Assembly: GCF_004010195.1 (NCBI RefSeq)
Contig: NC_057759.1
Coordinates: 1,557,069-1,621,068 of the forward strand
DNA: 64,000 bases
Reading direction: 5' to 3'
DNA from: Chiloscyllium plagiosum
Lineage: Eukaryota
Shown here: positions 1 through 12,384 of the stretch, piece by piece
Numbering within the stretch: the first letter of the stretch is position 1
How the letters are laid out: each line of letters begins with the position of its first letter
Notes under the pieces: generated by a model
Told to the model about the DNA's origin: nothing
What the model saw: the letters and a program-made list of their open reading frames with translations, nothing else
Databases searched by the model: none
Made by a program: the position numbers and the translations under genes

Positions 1-985
1 ACCTGCCGTCAGCTCCCTGCTCCTGCTGCCTCTCTGTGTTTCTCTAACGGCCTAAACTCTCCGATTCCTCTGAAATTCCGCATCTCCAGACAGCCAGACT
101 CGATCGCTCCTCACCCTGACACTGGAAGGTTTACGGCAGAAAAGTTTTCACTCGAATTGACGGCTCCGTTGTCGAGTTAAACGCATTTTGCTGCTGCACT
201 AATCGCGCTTTCTGAGCTGAAAGGTGACATTGTCGCTACTTTTAGACTGAAATCTTGAAACTAACAAATATATTGCCTTGAAATCTACCTTTGGGGTTTA
301 GAAGGGGAGCAGGGCGATAACTTGAATTCAAAATATTTTTGAGTGACATAAGATAAACTTGGAAATATCATAAATGTAAGTGTGGAAGAATTTCTCCTCC
401 TTTCAGCTTTTGCTGCGTTGTCCAGGGAGTTACTTACAGTTTTTTTTCTCCTCAGTAACTGTTACACTCTCATCAGCTCTACTGTTTACACCCTCAAAGA
501 TGGCCAGTCAGTTTGCCAAGCTTAAAAGACAGAACAGTGTGCACTGGAACAGGCCCTTCATGTCCATGCTGACTTTAGCAGATCCTGAATACTGTTTTGT
601 CAAATGCTTCACAATTGAAGCTTTCATTTTGATTTTCCCTGCAGGCTGACTGGCCTATAGTTCCCAATTTTATACCTACCTCCCTTCTCCATTGGATTGC
701 TTACACTATTTAGCACAATCTGTGTAAGTTATTGCAGAGCCTAGAGAACATGACGACCACTGCATCCACTATTGCTCAGCCCACTACATTAAATAGTCTG
801 GGACGCAGATGATCAAGGTCTGGTGTTTCACAACCTTCAATCCAATCCATTATCCCAACATCATTTCCCAAATAATACTGATCTGGTTCAGTTTTTTTTC
901 TTCTCACTAAACTCCCCAACATTTCTACCGTGTTAGTTGTGATAATATTTGTGAACAGAGAACAACAATATGTCTGTGATTTTTG

Positions 986-1240
986 AGATTAGATTAGTTA
1001 CAGTGTGGAAACAGGCCCTTCGGCCCAATAAGTCCACACCGACCCTCCGACAAGGAGCAACTCACCCAGACCCATTCCCCTACATTTACCCTTTCACCAA
1101 ACACTACGGGCAATTTAGCATGGCCAATTCACCTAACGTGCACATTTTTGGAATGTGGGAGGAAACTCCACACAGACTCCTGAGGCAGGAATTGAACTCG
1201 CGTCTCTGGCGCTGTGAAGCAGCAGTGCCACCGTGCCGCC
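986..1240 (-). mobile_element. HE1-type tRNA-derived SINE (internally deleted)
   Basis: Minus strand begins GGCGGCACGGTGGCAC; B-box-like GAGTTCAATTCC; (TCTAA)n tail. Confidence 0.85.
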
Positions 1241-1986
1241 AATGTTTTAATTCCCCATTTTGAACTCCCCTCTTTAATGTTGTAAGTGACATGTGGTCCT
1301 CTTTACCAACCTATTTAAGTTCACTTCCCTCTTTACACATGTATTGGTGTTTTAGCAGTTTTTTTTAATGGCTTCTGCAATATTACTCTTTTCTTCATTT
1401 GTTCTTTGTTAGTTAAATCCCTTTTCGCTGTCATTTGCTGAATTTTGATCTGTTTGAAGCCTTCCTGTCTCGCTATATTTCTTCCCAAATTGTAGGCCTT
1501 TTCTTTGGACCAAAAACTATCTTGAATAGCCGTTTCAAGTTTCGCAACGTCCTTTTTATAGGAGAGAGACCAGAATTGCACATAATATTCCAAAAGTGGC
1601 ATAACCAATATTCTATACCCACAACATGTTCTCTTAAGTCACATACTCAAAGTTCTGACCAGTAAAGGAAAAGATATCAAATGCCTTCTTGATATCCTGA
1701 CTATAACTCCATGTTCAAGGAACAATGAACCTGCATTCCAAAGTCTCTTTATTCAGCAACACGCCACAGGACTTAATACTGATTTGCCTTTCCAAATTGC
1801 AGCACCTCATTTTGATTTAAATTGAACTCAGTTTGCCACTGCTGAGTCCAGTGGCCCATCTGATTGAGATCCTGTTATATTCTGAGGTAGCCTTCTTTGC
1901 AGTCCACTACACCTCCAATTTTTGTGTAATGTGCAAACTTACTAACTAACTTACCTGCAACCTCACAACCAAATCATTCATAATAA

Positions 1987-2180
1987 CGTGGAAGTGCTGG
2001 TGTTGGACTGGGGTGTGCAAAGTTAAAAATGACACAACACCAGGTTATACTCCAATAGGTTTATTTGGGAGTACAAGCATTCAGAGCATAGACACCTGAC
2101 GGAGGAGCAGCACTCCAAAAGTTTGTACTTCCAAATAAAACTATTGGACTATAACCTGGTGTTGTGTCATTTTTAAACTA
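1987..2180. mobile_element. Palindromic mini-PLE (family A)
   Basis: ~65-bp inverted arms (2021-2088 and 2110-2179); TSD-like AAATCATTYAT..TAA on both sides. Confidence 0.8.
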
Positions 2181-3307
2181 AAATCATTTATATAAATGAT
2201 AAGTAGCAGTAGACCCAACAGTGATCCTTGTAGCATATCACTTGTCACAGGCTTCCAGTCTGAAAAGCATCCCGCCACCACCAATCTCTGTCTTCTACTT
2301 TCGAAAAAGTTCTGTTTCCAATTGGCGAGTTCTCCCCGAATTCCATATGATCTAATCTTGCTAACCAATTTCCCATGTGGGACACAATCAAACCCCTTAC
2401 CGAAGGCCATATAGATGACATCCACTCCTTTGGCCTCATCAGTCCTCGAGGAGAAAGTGAGGACTGCAGATGCTGGAGACCAGAGTTGAAAAATGTGGTG
2501 CTGGAAAAACACAGCAGGCCAGGCATCATCTTCCCTAGCTTATCACCGTGTTCTAAGGTACACTTGATCAGGTGCTCGTACTTTAACCACCGTTTCTGTT
2601 TAAAAACATCCAGCAGCACCTCCTCTGTATTATGGACATTTTTCAAGATGTCACCATTTGTTTCCCCACATTCTATATCTTACATTTCCTTCTCCTTGGT
2701 AAGCACTCGCTTAGTATCTCCCATATTTCCTGTTGTTCGACACATAGGCTGCTTTGCTAATCTTTGCTGGGCCCTAATGTTTCCCTGGTTATGCTTGTGT
2801 CCTTTATAAAATACATTTGAATTCTCCTTAACATTATTTGCCAAAGCTATCTTATGTCCATTGTTTGCCCTCCTGATTTCCTTTTTAAGTATATCACTAA
2901 TACCTTTATACTCTTTGAAGGATTCACTCAATCTCGGCTGTATATACCTAACACATGTTTCCTTCTTATTCGGACTAAAATTTCAACTTCTTTTCTCATC
3001 CAGCATTTCCTACACCTACCAATCATGCCTTTCACTCTAACACGAACATGCTGTCTCTGGACCCTCCTTTTCTCATTTTTGAAGGCTTCCCATTTTCCAG
3101 CCATCCCTTTGCCTGTGTTGAAAGTTCTTGCATAATACTCTCAAAATTGGCCTTTGTCCATTTAGAAATTTAGCTTTTAGATCTGTTATATCCTTTTGCA
3201 TAACAGTTTTAAAACTAATTGAATTATGGTTGCTGGTTCCAAACTGCTCCCCCACTGACACATCATTAGATCCCAAGAGTAGATCAAGTTTTGCATCTTG
3301 TCTCGAA

Positions 3308-3617
3308 GATATTAGATTACTTACAGTGTGGAAACAGGCCCTTCGGCCCAACAAGTCCACACCGCCCCACCGAAGCGCAACCCACCCATACCCCTACATT
3401 TACCCCTTACCTAACACTACGGGCAATTTATCATGGCCAATTTACCTGACCTGCACATCTTTGGACTGTGGGAGGAAACCGGAGCAGCCGGAGGGTGCCC
3501 ACACAGACACGGGGAGAACGTGCAAACTCCACACAGTCAGTCGCCTGAGGCGGGAATTGACTCGGGTCTCTGGCGCTGTGAGGCAGCAGTGCTAACCACT
3601 GTGCCACCGTGCCGCCC
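3308..3617 (-). mobile_element. HE1-type SINE, near full length, inserted in CR1
   Basis: GGGCGGCACGGTGGCACAGTGGTTAGCACTGCTGCCTCACAGCGCCAG head; CTAA-type tail. Confidence 0.9.
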
Positions 3618-5454
3618 ATATATTCACATACTGAATCAGATTTCCTTTGTACACACTTAAGAAATTCCTCTCTGTCGAAACCATTAACAATATGGCATCC
3701 CCAATCTGTGTTTGCAATGTTAAAATCCCTCGCCATAACTACACCAGTATTCCTGCAGATCTAAGATCTCCTTACAACTTTGTTTCTCAATTTCCTGATG
3801 ACTGTTGGGGTGTCTCCAGTCCAATCCCAATAAGAAGATCAAACCTTCTCTTACTTCTCATTAGCACCAAAATAATTTCTATGGATGTAATCCCAGGAAA
3901 ATCCTCCTTAAGTACAGCTGAAATGTTATCTCTTACCAAACACGTCACTCCCCATTTTCTCTTGCTGCCCCTTCCCCCATCCTTTGATTCCTGACACATT
4001 AGCCTGCAGTTGTGTCATCCCCGAAAAATGTCTCTGTAATTGCTATGATATCCCAACACCAATTCCATTTTCCTACCCATTTCCTGAGTTCATCCTCCTT
4101 CCCTGTTAGGCCTCTTGCATAGAAGTAAATGCAGTTTAATTTATGAATCCTACCTCATTCTCTGCTATTTCCTGCATGCCCTGACTGTTTGACTTGCCAA
4201 CTATACCAGTGTCAGATTGATCTCTTTCCTCACTATATCCTTGATTCCTGCCCCACAACTTACTCGTTTAACATCTCCCCAGTAGCTCAAGGAAATATCC
4301 CTGCCAGTATATTAGATTCCTTCCAATTCAGGTGCAATCCATCCTTTTTTATACAAGTCACGTCTTCCTCTGAAGAGATTCCAATTATCCAAAAATATGA
4401 ACCATTTTCCATGCACCAGCTCCTGAGTTGGGCATTCCCTTACTCTATCATCCTATTCCTACCCTCACTTGCTCGGAGCAGCGGGGGTAATCTAGATATT
4501 ACTACCGGAGAGGACCTCCTTTCCAAATTCTTGCCTCTCTTCCTTGTTCTTATTCGGAAACTCATCTTTTCCCCTTCCTATGTAGTTACTTCCAGTGTTT
4601 ACTCCGGCTCGTCTCTCTTGCTTTTGTGAATATCGTGCACTCTCTCCAAGATATCCTTGGTCCTGTCACCAGGGAGGCTATACACTACCCCGATTTCTCG
4701 CTGTCGGCCGGAGAGACGTCTGTCGAGGCTGCTGACAAAGAGATTCGAGTTTTGTAATTTGTAAAAGGAGGACCTTCCAAAACGATAAAGGCAGCTGATG
4801 TAGGGGAACACCATCTTGATGTCGGACAAGTTCCCCTCTAAGGCACTCACCATGCTGACTTGGAAATAAAACCGCTTTCTTTCACTGTCACTGGATCAAG
4901 TCTCTGGAACTCCGTGTTCATGGCATTGTTGGCAGCACAGGGACAACAGCTGTTCCAGAAGGTTGCTCACCACCGCCTTCTCAAAACGATGGAGAATAAA
5001 TGCTAGGCTCAGCCAGTGACATCCCCATTCCAGGAGTGAATAAACAAAAACAGCTGGGGTCTCTCGTTGTGCCATACAATACATCACAAGGTTTCTGTCT
5101 GCAGCATACATGCCACTAAAATCTGTCATCCACTACAAACTAAATCGAGTCCCAGAGATATTATTGCACACCTGGTCTGACTTTTGCACGGGCCTCCTGA
5201 CCCAGAAATAAGCACTGATACTGTGATACACGACTCTCTCCATCAGTTATTTTCTGCCTTCGTAAGAATGTTCCACTTATTCCATCTCTCTGTATGTTAC
5301 TTTGGGCAAGGAGTTAATATTTGTGGACGAGGGGTCAGTAGGATTAAATACCACAGTTAACATTCGATCAGACATGATGTTATCGAATCGGGGAGCACAG
5401 GGGATAGACCGAGTGGCCGCCAGTTTCCCCGCTCCCTGATCAGATTGTCATGGT

Positions 5455-6109
5455 TTGGAGACACATACATACAGATATGCATACACACAGACGCACACAC
5501 AGACACCCACACACACCCTGACAGACACACACACTCCCACGTGCACCCCCTCACAGATTTAAGACACTCTGCACCCACTACACACAGACATACACTTTCT
5601 CACACTCACAACTCCCAACCCAGACAGACACACACACACACATATTTTGTGGGGTGAATTTGTACTTTCAGGGTTACATTGTACTTTGCTCAAAAACTGC
5701 ATGCATTCATGGAAAACTCAGTTATCTCACTTTTTAGATTAAAATCAATCTAAACATCATGGCATAGACAGAGAACACAGGGGGCTAGCACCTTCAACAT
5801 ATTGTCTAGCTATCACATTGTTAACAGCTAACTCGAGAATGTAACATATTTTAAAAAAAAGGTTTTGTGATTTTCACATGAAAGAAGTGAAACTATTAAG
5901 GTATTCTCACAGATGAAAGGCTTAACAGACAATCAATTTTTCCATGTATAATTTCAGTTACATCACACTGTAAATTTTTGCTATAAATTCTGTATGTTAG
6001 GATTGAGCCCTCCACTACTATCTGATGAAGGGGCGTCGCTCCAAAAACTAGTGTGCTTCCAATTCAACCTGTTGGACTATAACCTGGTGTTGTGTGATTT
6101 TTAACTTTG
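5455..6109 (+). mobile_element. PLE 3' region and terminal repeat with CA-rich tract (family A)
   Basis: Ends CTGATGAAGG...GTTGGACTATAACCTGGTGTTGTGTGATTTTTAACTTT; homologous to 35884-36655 reversed. Confidence 0.75.
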
Positions 6110-6269
6110 ATCAGATTGTGAGAGAGCCGGAGGGAGGAGTTATTAACATGACCCGGGAATGAGCTCCATTGGAGCTTCATAAAGGGACAATGTCCCAGCT
6201 TGAAACCTTCTCTGCCCTTTCCCCCACAGCCCCGGTTCCTTTGCTCAAACTGGGAAAAAGGGAATTGGG

Positions 6270-6571
6270 GAAATAGCCAATTGACGTTTGTTTCTGGGAA
6301 ATCTTTGGGAATAGTTGCGCATGTGCGATGCTCCCCTTCCTCCAAAGCTGACTGTTCCTGCCGAGAGGAGCGCATGCGTGAGGCCCTCCCCCGGCTCTGC
6401 CATTGAGGAGCATTGACTCAGTGAGTGCAAGAGGTTTGTTTGAAACAGACCGCAATGGAGAGATCAGCGCCCAGGGAAGTGAGGGAACAGCAGGCTCCTT
6501 CCAGCAGCACATCGGGATGGGAGCCTGGGATACAGAGGGGGCTCCGAGACCGGGATTGATTCGGGGTGAGT
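6270..6571 (+). promoter_or_regulatory. CpG-enriched promoter-like segment with possible first exon
   Basis: CCAAT (6278), two NRF1-like motifs (GCGCATGTGC at 6317, GCGCATGCGT at 6370), ATG in strong context at 6517, donor GGG|gtgagt at 6565/6566. Confidence 0.4.
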
Positions 6572-6597
6572 TCAGGGAGAACCGGGGGCTATTTGTA

Positions 6598-7310
6598 AGA
6601 GCTGAAAATGTGTTGCTGGAAAAGCGCCGCAAGTCAGGCAGCATCCAAGGAACAGGAGAATCGGCCTTATCGGGCATGAGCCCTTCCTCAGGAATGAGGA
6701 AACTGTGCCAAGCAGGATAAGATAAAAGGTAGGGAGGAGGGACTTGGGGGAGGGGCGTTGGAAATGCGATAGGTGGAAGGGGAGGGGGCGAAATTGTGGT
6801 CTTTGAAGAAGGAGGCCATCTGGGTTGTTCGGTATTGGAACTGGTCCTCCTGGGGCAGATGCGGCCTGGCGATCGTGGAGGCGGTTGTCTGGGCGGCGAT
6901 CGCAGAGGCTGCATGGTCGGTGTGACCCATGACGTCACTTCCACTCCACCGTGATTTCCCCCCAGACGTGATCAACGATGCTCTCCACCGTATCTCCTCC
7001 ACTTCCCGCTCCTCCGCCCTTGAGCCCTGCACCTCCATTCGCCACCAGGACAGAACCCCACTGGTCCTCACCTACCACCCCACCAACCTCCATATACATC
7101 GTATCATCCGTTGTCATTTCTGCCACCTCCAAACGGACCCCACCACCAGGGATATATTTCCCTCCCCTCCCCTATCAGCGTTCTGAAAAGACCACTCCCT
7201 CCATGACTCCCTCATCAGGTCCACACCCCTCAACAACTCAACCTCCACTCCCGGCATCTTCCCCTGCAACCACAAGAAATGCAAAACTTGCGCCCACACC
7301 TCCCCCCACA
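6598..7310. mobile_element. Penelope-like ORF fragments in opposite orientations plus terminal repeat
   Basis: Minus: QEDQFQYRTTQMASFFKDHNF; plus: DFPPDVINDALHRIS...PLVLTYHP...FPCNHKKCKTCAH (PLE thumb/linker and Cys motif). Confidence 0.82.
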
Positions 7311-7747
7311 GAGTGACAGGGACAGATTGATAACTGCATTCACTCACATATTTGCACAGATTATATGGATTGATAATTACAGTTTGATAATTACACTCAT
7401 ATTCACAAAGCAGCATTTAACAGGTACATGTTGATAATTGTCCTCACACATTCACTGAGCAGGAACTGACAGCTATGGATAGATAAGGAAACTTTCATAT
7501 CCAGACACACACTTGCATTAGATTATCCCATCCCATTCGTAGAGGAGTTGGTTAGTATCTGGTTTTCAGTGAATTGGTACAGATGTTTTTGATATAATCA
7601 CCAAAGAGCAGCTCAAACCGAGAATAGAATTAGCCCTATGGTCCTGTTAGACTTGCTGTCTTAAAGGAAAAGCAGCCTAATGATTATTAAATTATTCCAT
7701 TGACTTAATGTTGATTTATAGACAATGTCTCTTCTGTCTTCCTCCAG

Positions 7748-7829
7748 ACAATTACTTGAAGGACCAAGACAGTGTAATATGTCCTCAGTACAAAACCAAG
7801 TGTGATCAGTTCCTTCTAACAAACAGCAG
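7748..7829 (+). other. Unidentified 82-nt exon-like module, copy 1
   Basis: tctcttctgtcttcctccag|...CAG|gtatgt; phase-1 frame DNYLKDQDSVICPQYKTKCDQFLLTNS; paralogs at 24984 and 34482. Confidence 0.5.
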
Positions 7830-8029
7830 GTATGTTACTGCTGTCAGACTGAAGAACATCCTTTCCACAGTCACAGAACAGATTGAATTAAACACACATT
7901 GACTCAATTTCCAGGGAAAACTTTTCAAATCAACAGTCAAATATCACGGAGGAATTACAATTCTTCTTCTCCCTCACCATTCTTTATGTACATTACCCCA
8001 TTTGCCAATAATTGTTATAATTCACAGCC

Positions 8030-9255
8030 ATAGAATTATAGCCAAGATGTACACCACAGAAGCAGACTATTTAGTTTGACCCATTCATGCCAACCAGTTA
8101 TCCAAAACTAATCTTGTCCCATTGGCAGCACTAGTGCCATTTGCTAGCACTTGGCCCGTATCCCGCTAAGCCGTTCCTATTCATGTAAACATCCAGATGC
8201 CTTTCAAATGTTGGAAGTGTTCCAAACTCCATCACTTCCTCTAGCAACTCATTCCACACACACACCGCCTTCTGCGTGAAATGGCTGCCCCTTAGGTCTC
8301 TTTTAAATCTTTCCGCTCCCACCTAAAACCTATGCCCTCTAGTTCTGGACTCCCCCACCTTGTCTGTTTCACCTATCCATGACCCTCCTGATTTTATAAA
8401 GGTCAGAATTTTATAAAGGTTCTATAAGGTCACCCCTCAGCCTCCAACACTCCAGGGAAAACAGGCCCAGCCTCTTCAGCTTGTCCCTTTCGCTCATATA
8501 CTCCAACCCTGGTAACAAGCTTGTAAATCTTTTTTGAATGTTTCATGTTTCACAACATCCTTCCGATAGGAAGGAGACCAGAATTGCACACAATATTCCA
8601 AAAGCGGCCGAACCAATTTCCTGTATAGCCGCAACATGACATCCGAATCCCTATTTTCTATGTTCGGACCAATAAAGAACAGCATACTAAATGCCTTCTG
8701 CATTATCCTATCGACCAGCAATTCTACTTTCAAGGAACTATGAACCTGCACTCCATGGTCTTTTTGGTCAGCAATACTCCCCAGGACCTTACTATTTAGT
8801 GTATAACTCCTGCCTTGATTTGCCTTTCCAAAATGCAGCACCTCAAATTTATCTGAATTAAACTCCATCTGCCACTGCTCTGCCCAGTGGCCCATCTGAT
8901 CATAAAGGTGTTGTATTCTGTGGGAACCTTCTTTGCTGTCCACTACTATGTGAATTTTGGTGCCATCTGCAAACCTTTTATGTTCACATTCAAATCATTC
9001 ATATTAGTGATGAAAAGCAGTGAACCCAGCACTGATCCTTGTGGCACACCACTGATCACAGGTCTCCAGTCTGAAAGGTAACCCTCCTCCAACACCCTCT
9101 GTCTTCCTTGTTCAAGTCAATTCTGTGTCCAAGTTGCTAGTTCTCCCTGATTTTCATGTGATCTAAACTTGCTAATCAGTCTACAATGTGGAAACTTGTT
9201 AAACGTCTTACTGAAGTCCACAGAGATCACGTCCACCACTCTACTCTCATCAATC
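8030..9255 (-). mobile_element. CR1 LINE 3' fragment
   Basis: WQMEFNSDK...RPLLEYCVQFWSP, plus 3' UTR. Confidence 0.88.
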
Positions 9256-11335
9256 ATAGCGTCAAAGAAATGTACAGCACGAAAACAGACCCTTCGGTCT
9301 AACCTGTCTATGCTGACCAGCTATCCCAACCCAATCTAGTCCCATGTGCCAGCATCCAGTCCATATCCCTCCAAACCCTTCCTATTCATATATGAATTCA
9401 AATGCTTTTTAAAAGTTGCAATTGTACTCGCCCCCACCACTTCCTCTGGCATTTCATTCCATGCACCTACCACCCTCTGCATGAAAACCTTGCCATTTAG
9501 GTCTCTTTTATATCATTTCCATCTCACCCGAAACCTGTGCCCTCTTGCTCTGGACTCCCCCATCCCAGGGAACATACCTTGTATATTTCTCCTATCCATG
9601 CCCCTCGTGGTTTTATAAACATCTATAAGGTCACTCGTCAGACTCCGATGCTCCAGGGAAAACTGCCCCAGCCTATTCAACTTCTCCTTCTAGCTCAAAT
9701 TCTCCAATCCTGGCAACATCCTTGTAAATCTTTTCTGAACAGCATCCTTCTGGTAGGAAGGAGACCAGAACTGTACGCAACATTCCAAAAGTGGCTGAAA
9801 CAATGTCCTGTAGAGCTACAAAATGTACTCAATACTCTGACCAATAAAGGAAAGCATACCAAATGCCTGCTTCACTATCCTATCTACCTGCGACTTCAAT
9901 TTCAAGGAACCTGCACTACGAGGTCTCTTTGTTCAGCAACACTCCCGAGGACTTTACCATGAAGTGTATAAGTCCTGCTAAGATCTGTTTACCCAAAATG
10001 CAGCACTTCGCATTTATCTGAATTAAACTCCATCTGCTACCTCTCAGCCCATTGGCCCATCTGATCAAGATTCCATTGTAATCTGAGGTAACCCTCTTTG
10101 CTGTCCACTACACTTCCAATTTTGGTGTCACCTGCAAACTTGCCAACTGTACTTCCTATGCTCACATCCAAATCATTTATATAAACAATGAAATGTAGTG
10201 AACCCAGCACCGATCCTTATAGCACTCCACTGGTCACAGTCCTCCAGTCTGAAAAATAACCCTCCATGACCACCCTCTGTCTTCTGCCTTTTGAGCCAGT
10301 TCTGTATCCAAATGGCGAGTTCTCCCTGTATTCCATGAGATCTAACCTTGCTAACCAGTCTCCCCATGGGGAAATTCTCATTGTTACTTCTTCAGAAAAC
10401 TCAATTGAGTTTGTGAGTCATGGTTTCCCACGTACAAAGCCATGTTCACTGTCCCGAATCAGTCCTTGCCTTTCAACTTGCGTATACATTCTGTCCCTCA
10501 GGATTCCCTCCAACATCTTGCTCAACACCGATGGCAGGCTTACCAGCCTAAAGTTACCTGGCTTTTCCTTACCGCCTTTCTCAAATAGTAGCACCACGTT
10601 AGCCAACCTCTAGTCTTCCAACACCTCATCTGTGACTATCCTGCTAAAAATATCCCGGCAAGGGACACAGAAATCACTTCGGTAACTTCCCACAGAGTTC
10701 TAGGATATGCCTGAACATGTCCTAGGGATTTATCCACCTTTGTGCATTTCAAGACGTCCAGTACTATTTCCTCTGTCATATGGACATCTTTCAAGATGTC
10801 ACCATCTAGTTCCCCACATTCTATATCTTCCATGTCCTTCCTTCTCCACAGTAAACAGTGATGCAAAATACTCTTTTTGTATCTCCCCATCTTCTGTGCT
10901 TCCACACAAAAGCCACCTTGCTGATCTTTGAGGGGCGATAATCTCTCCCTAGTTACCCTTTTGTCCTTAATGTAGTTATAAAATCCCTTGGCATTTTCCT
11001 TAACCCTGTTTGCCAAAGTTATCTCATGTCCCCTTTTTGCCCTCCTGATTTCCCTCTAAGTATACTCCTCCTGCCTTTTCCTCTTTTAAGGATTCACTTG
11101 ATCTCTGCTGTCTATACTTGACATATGTTTCCTTCTTTCTCTGGACTGAAACCTCAATTTCTCTGTCATCCAGCATTCTGTACACTTTCCAGACTTGCTG
11201 TTCACCCTAACAGGAACAGACTGTCTCTGGACTCTTGTTAACTCATTTTTAAAGGTTTCCCATTTTCCAGCTGTTCCTTTACCTGCGAGCATCTGCTGCC
11301 AATCAAAGTTTGAAAGTTTTTCCTAATATTGTCAA
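9256..11335 (-). mobile_element. CR1 LINE 3' portion
   Basis: ANVVLLFEKGGKEKPGNFRLVSL and ENAKGFYNYIK fragments; 3' UTR. Confidence 0.88.
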
Positions 11336-12384
11336 GCCCAGTGATATTTACACCATTTTTCAGGATTCTTATCTGAAATAGATGCCCAGCAAAGGCATTA
11401 ATTCTACAGTTAATATGACATTTTTAAAGTTAACATCAAGATGGAAAAGAAAATCAGACCGTAACATCATTTCAAAAACCGTATATAACACAGATGTTAA
11501 ATACAGAGATAGAAGGAAACCAGACAAAAGTCACCAATTTACAGGATGAAACTGTGTTATTAAGTTTATTAGTGTTTGGGCAGGACAGAGTTAACCCTTT
11601 AATGAATAGTTGTCATATATAGTCACATGACAATTAAATAATGTGAATGCCAAACACCCATTCTGTGCCAAAGCCTGACAAATAAAACTGCAGATGCTAG
11701 AGACTGCAAACAAAAGGAGAAAGTGCTGAAAAAAAACTCAGCATCTCTGACAGCATGTGTAGAGAGAATGCAGAGTTAATGTTTTGGGGCCAGTAACTGA
11801 TATTTAGAACTGAGTTTCTCCAGAAATTTCTGTTTTTATTCCTGAAAATAGAGAATAATCACTGTAGGCACACACACGCAGACACAGACACAGCAACTGA
11901 CTAATTGAGCATTAGTTCAAAATACAAACATCATAACTGCAGAGCAGGATTCACAGTCATGGAGTTCCATATACACTGCAGACATCAGGAAATGATAAAA
12001 TCGAAATGAAGAATCACTCTCTCATGGAGTCATTGTGGTCTGCAGCAGTCAGAGACATCCAGCTAACAATTCTACTCCCATTCAGACAGCGTTCCATTTC
12101 CATCAATGTATCATGGTGGCAGAGGAGCTGCCATCCCCACCTTTAGCACAACATCATTCTCCATTTCTCCAACTTGCAGGAACAGATTTTTTCTATGACT
12201 CTAATCTTCATCAAAAAGGCTTCTTGCGCCATTGTTGCAAATTAGTTTTCATCTTCTCCAAATAGCCCTGCATTCCTATGAAGTCTGATATAATACACAA
12301 GAAAACTCAATACCATTCTCTCAAATACACAATGCGATCACATAATCGTAATTTGAAACAAGAGTAGAAAAGATTTAGTGAGAT

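Larger units (their letters stand above)
1530..4740 (-). mobile_element. Decayed CR1 LINE (ORF1 esterase, APE and RT remnants) with nested inserts
   Basis: Fragments LLEYYVQFWS, VDVIYMAFGKGFDCVPHGKL, DFNIANTDW, LPGDRTKDI; many stops and frameshifts. Confidence 0.88.

Noticed and set aside
1..240. CpG-richer segment ending in minus-strand CAG|GT at the window edge
   Set aside because: Could be an exon of a gene outside the window, but has no ORF or other support here.
3540..3617. tRNA-like sequences with A/B boxes (also ~1170-1240, 16130-16207, 62006-62075, 63002-63075)
   Set aside because: They are SINE heads continuous with SINE bodies, not tRNA genes.
6177..6944. 255-aa proline-rich ORF
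   Set aside because: Chance read-through across PLE fragments and GC-rich sequence.
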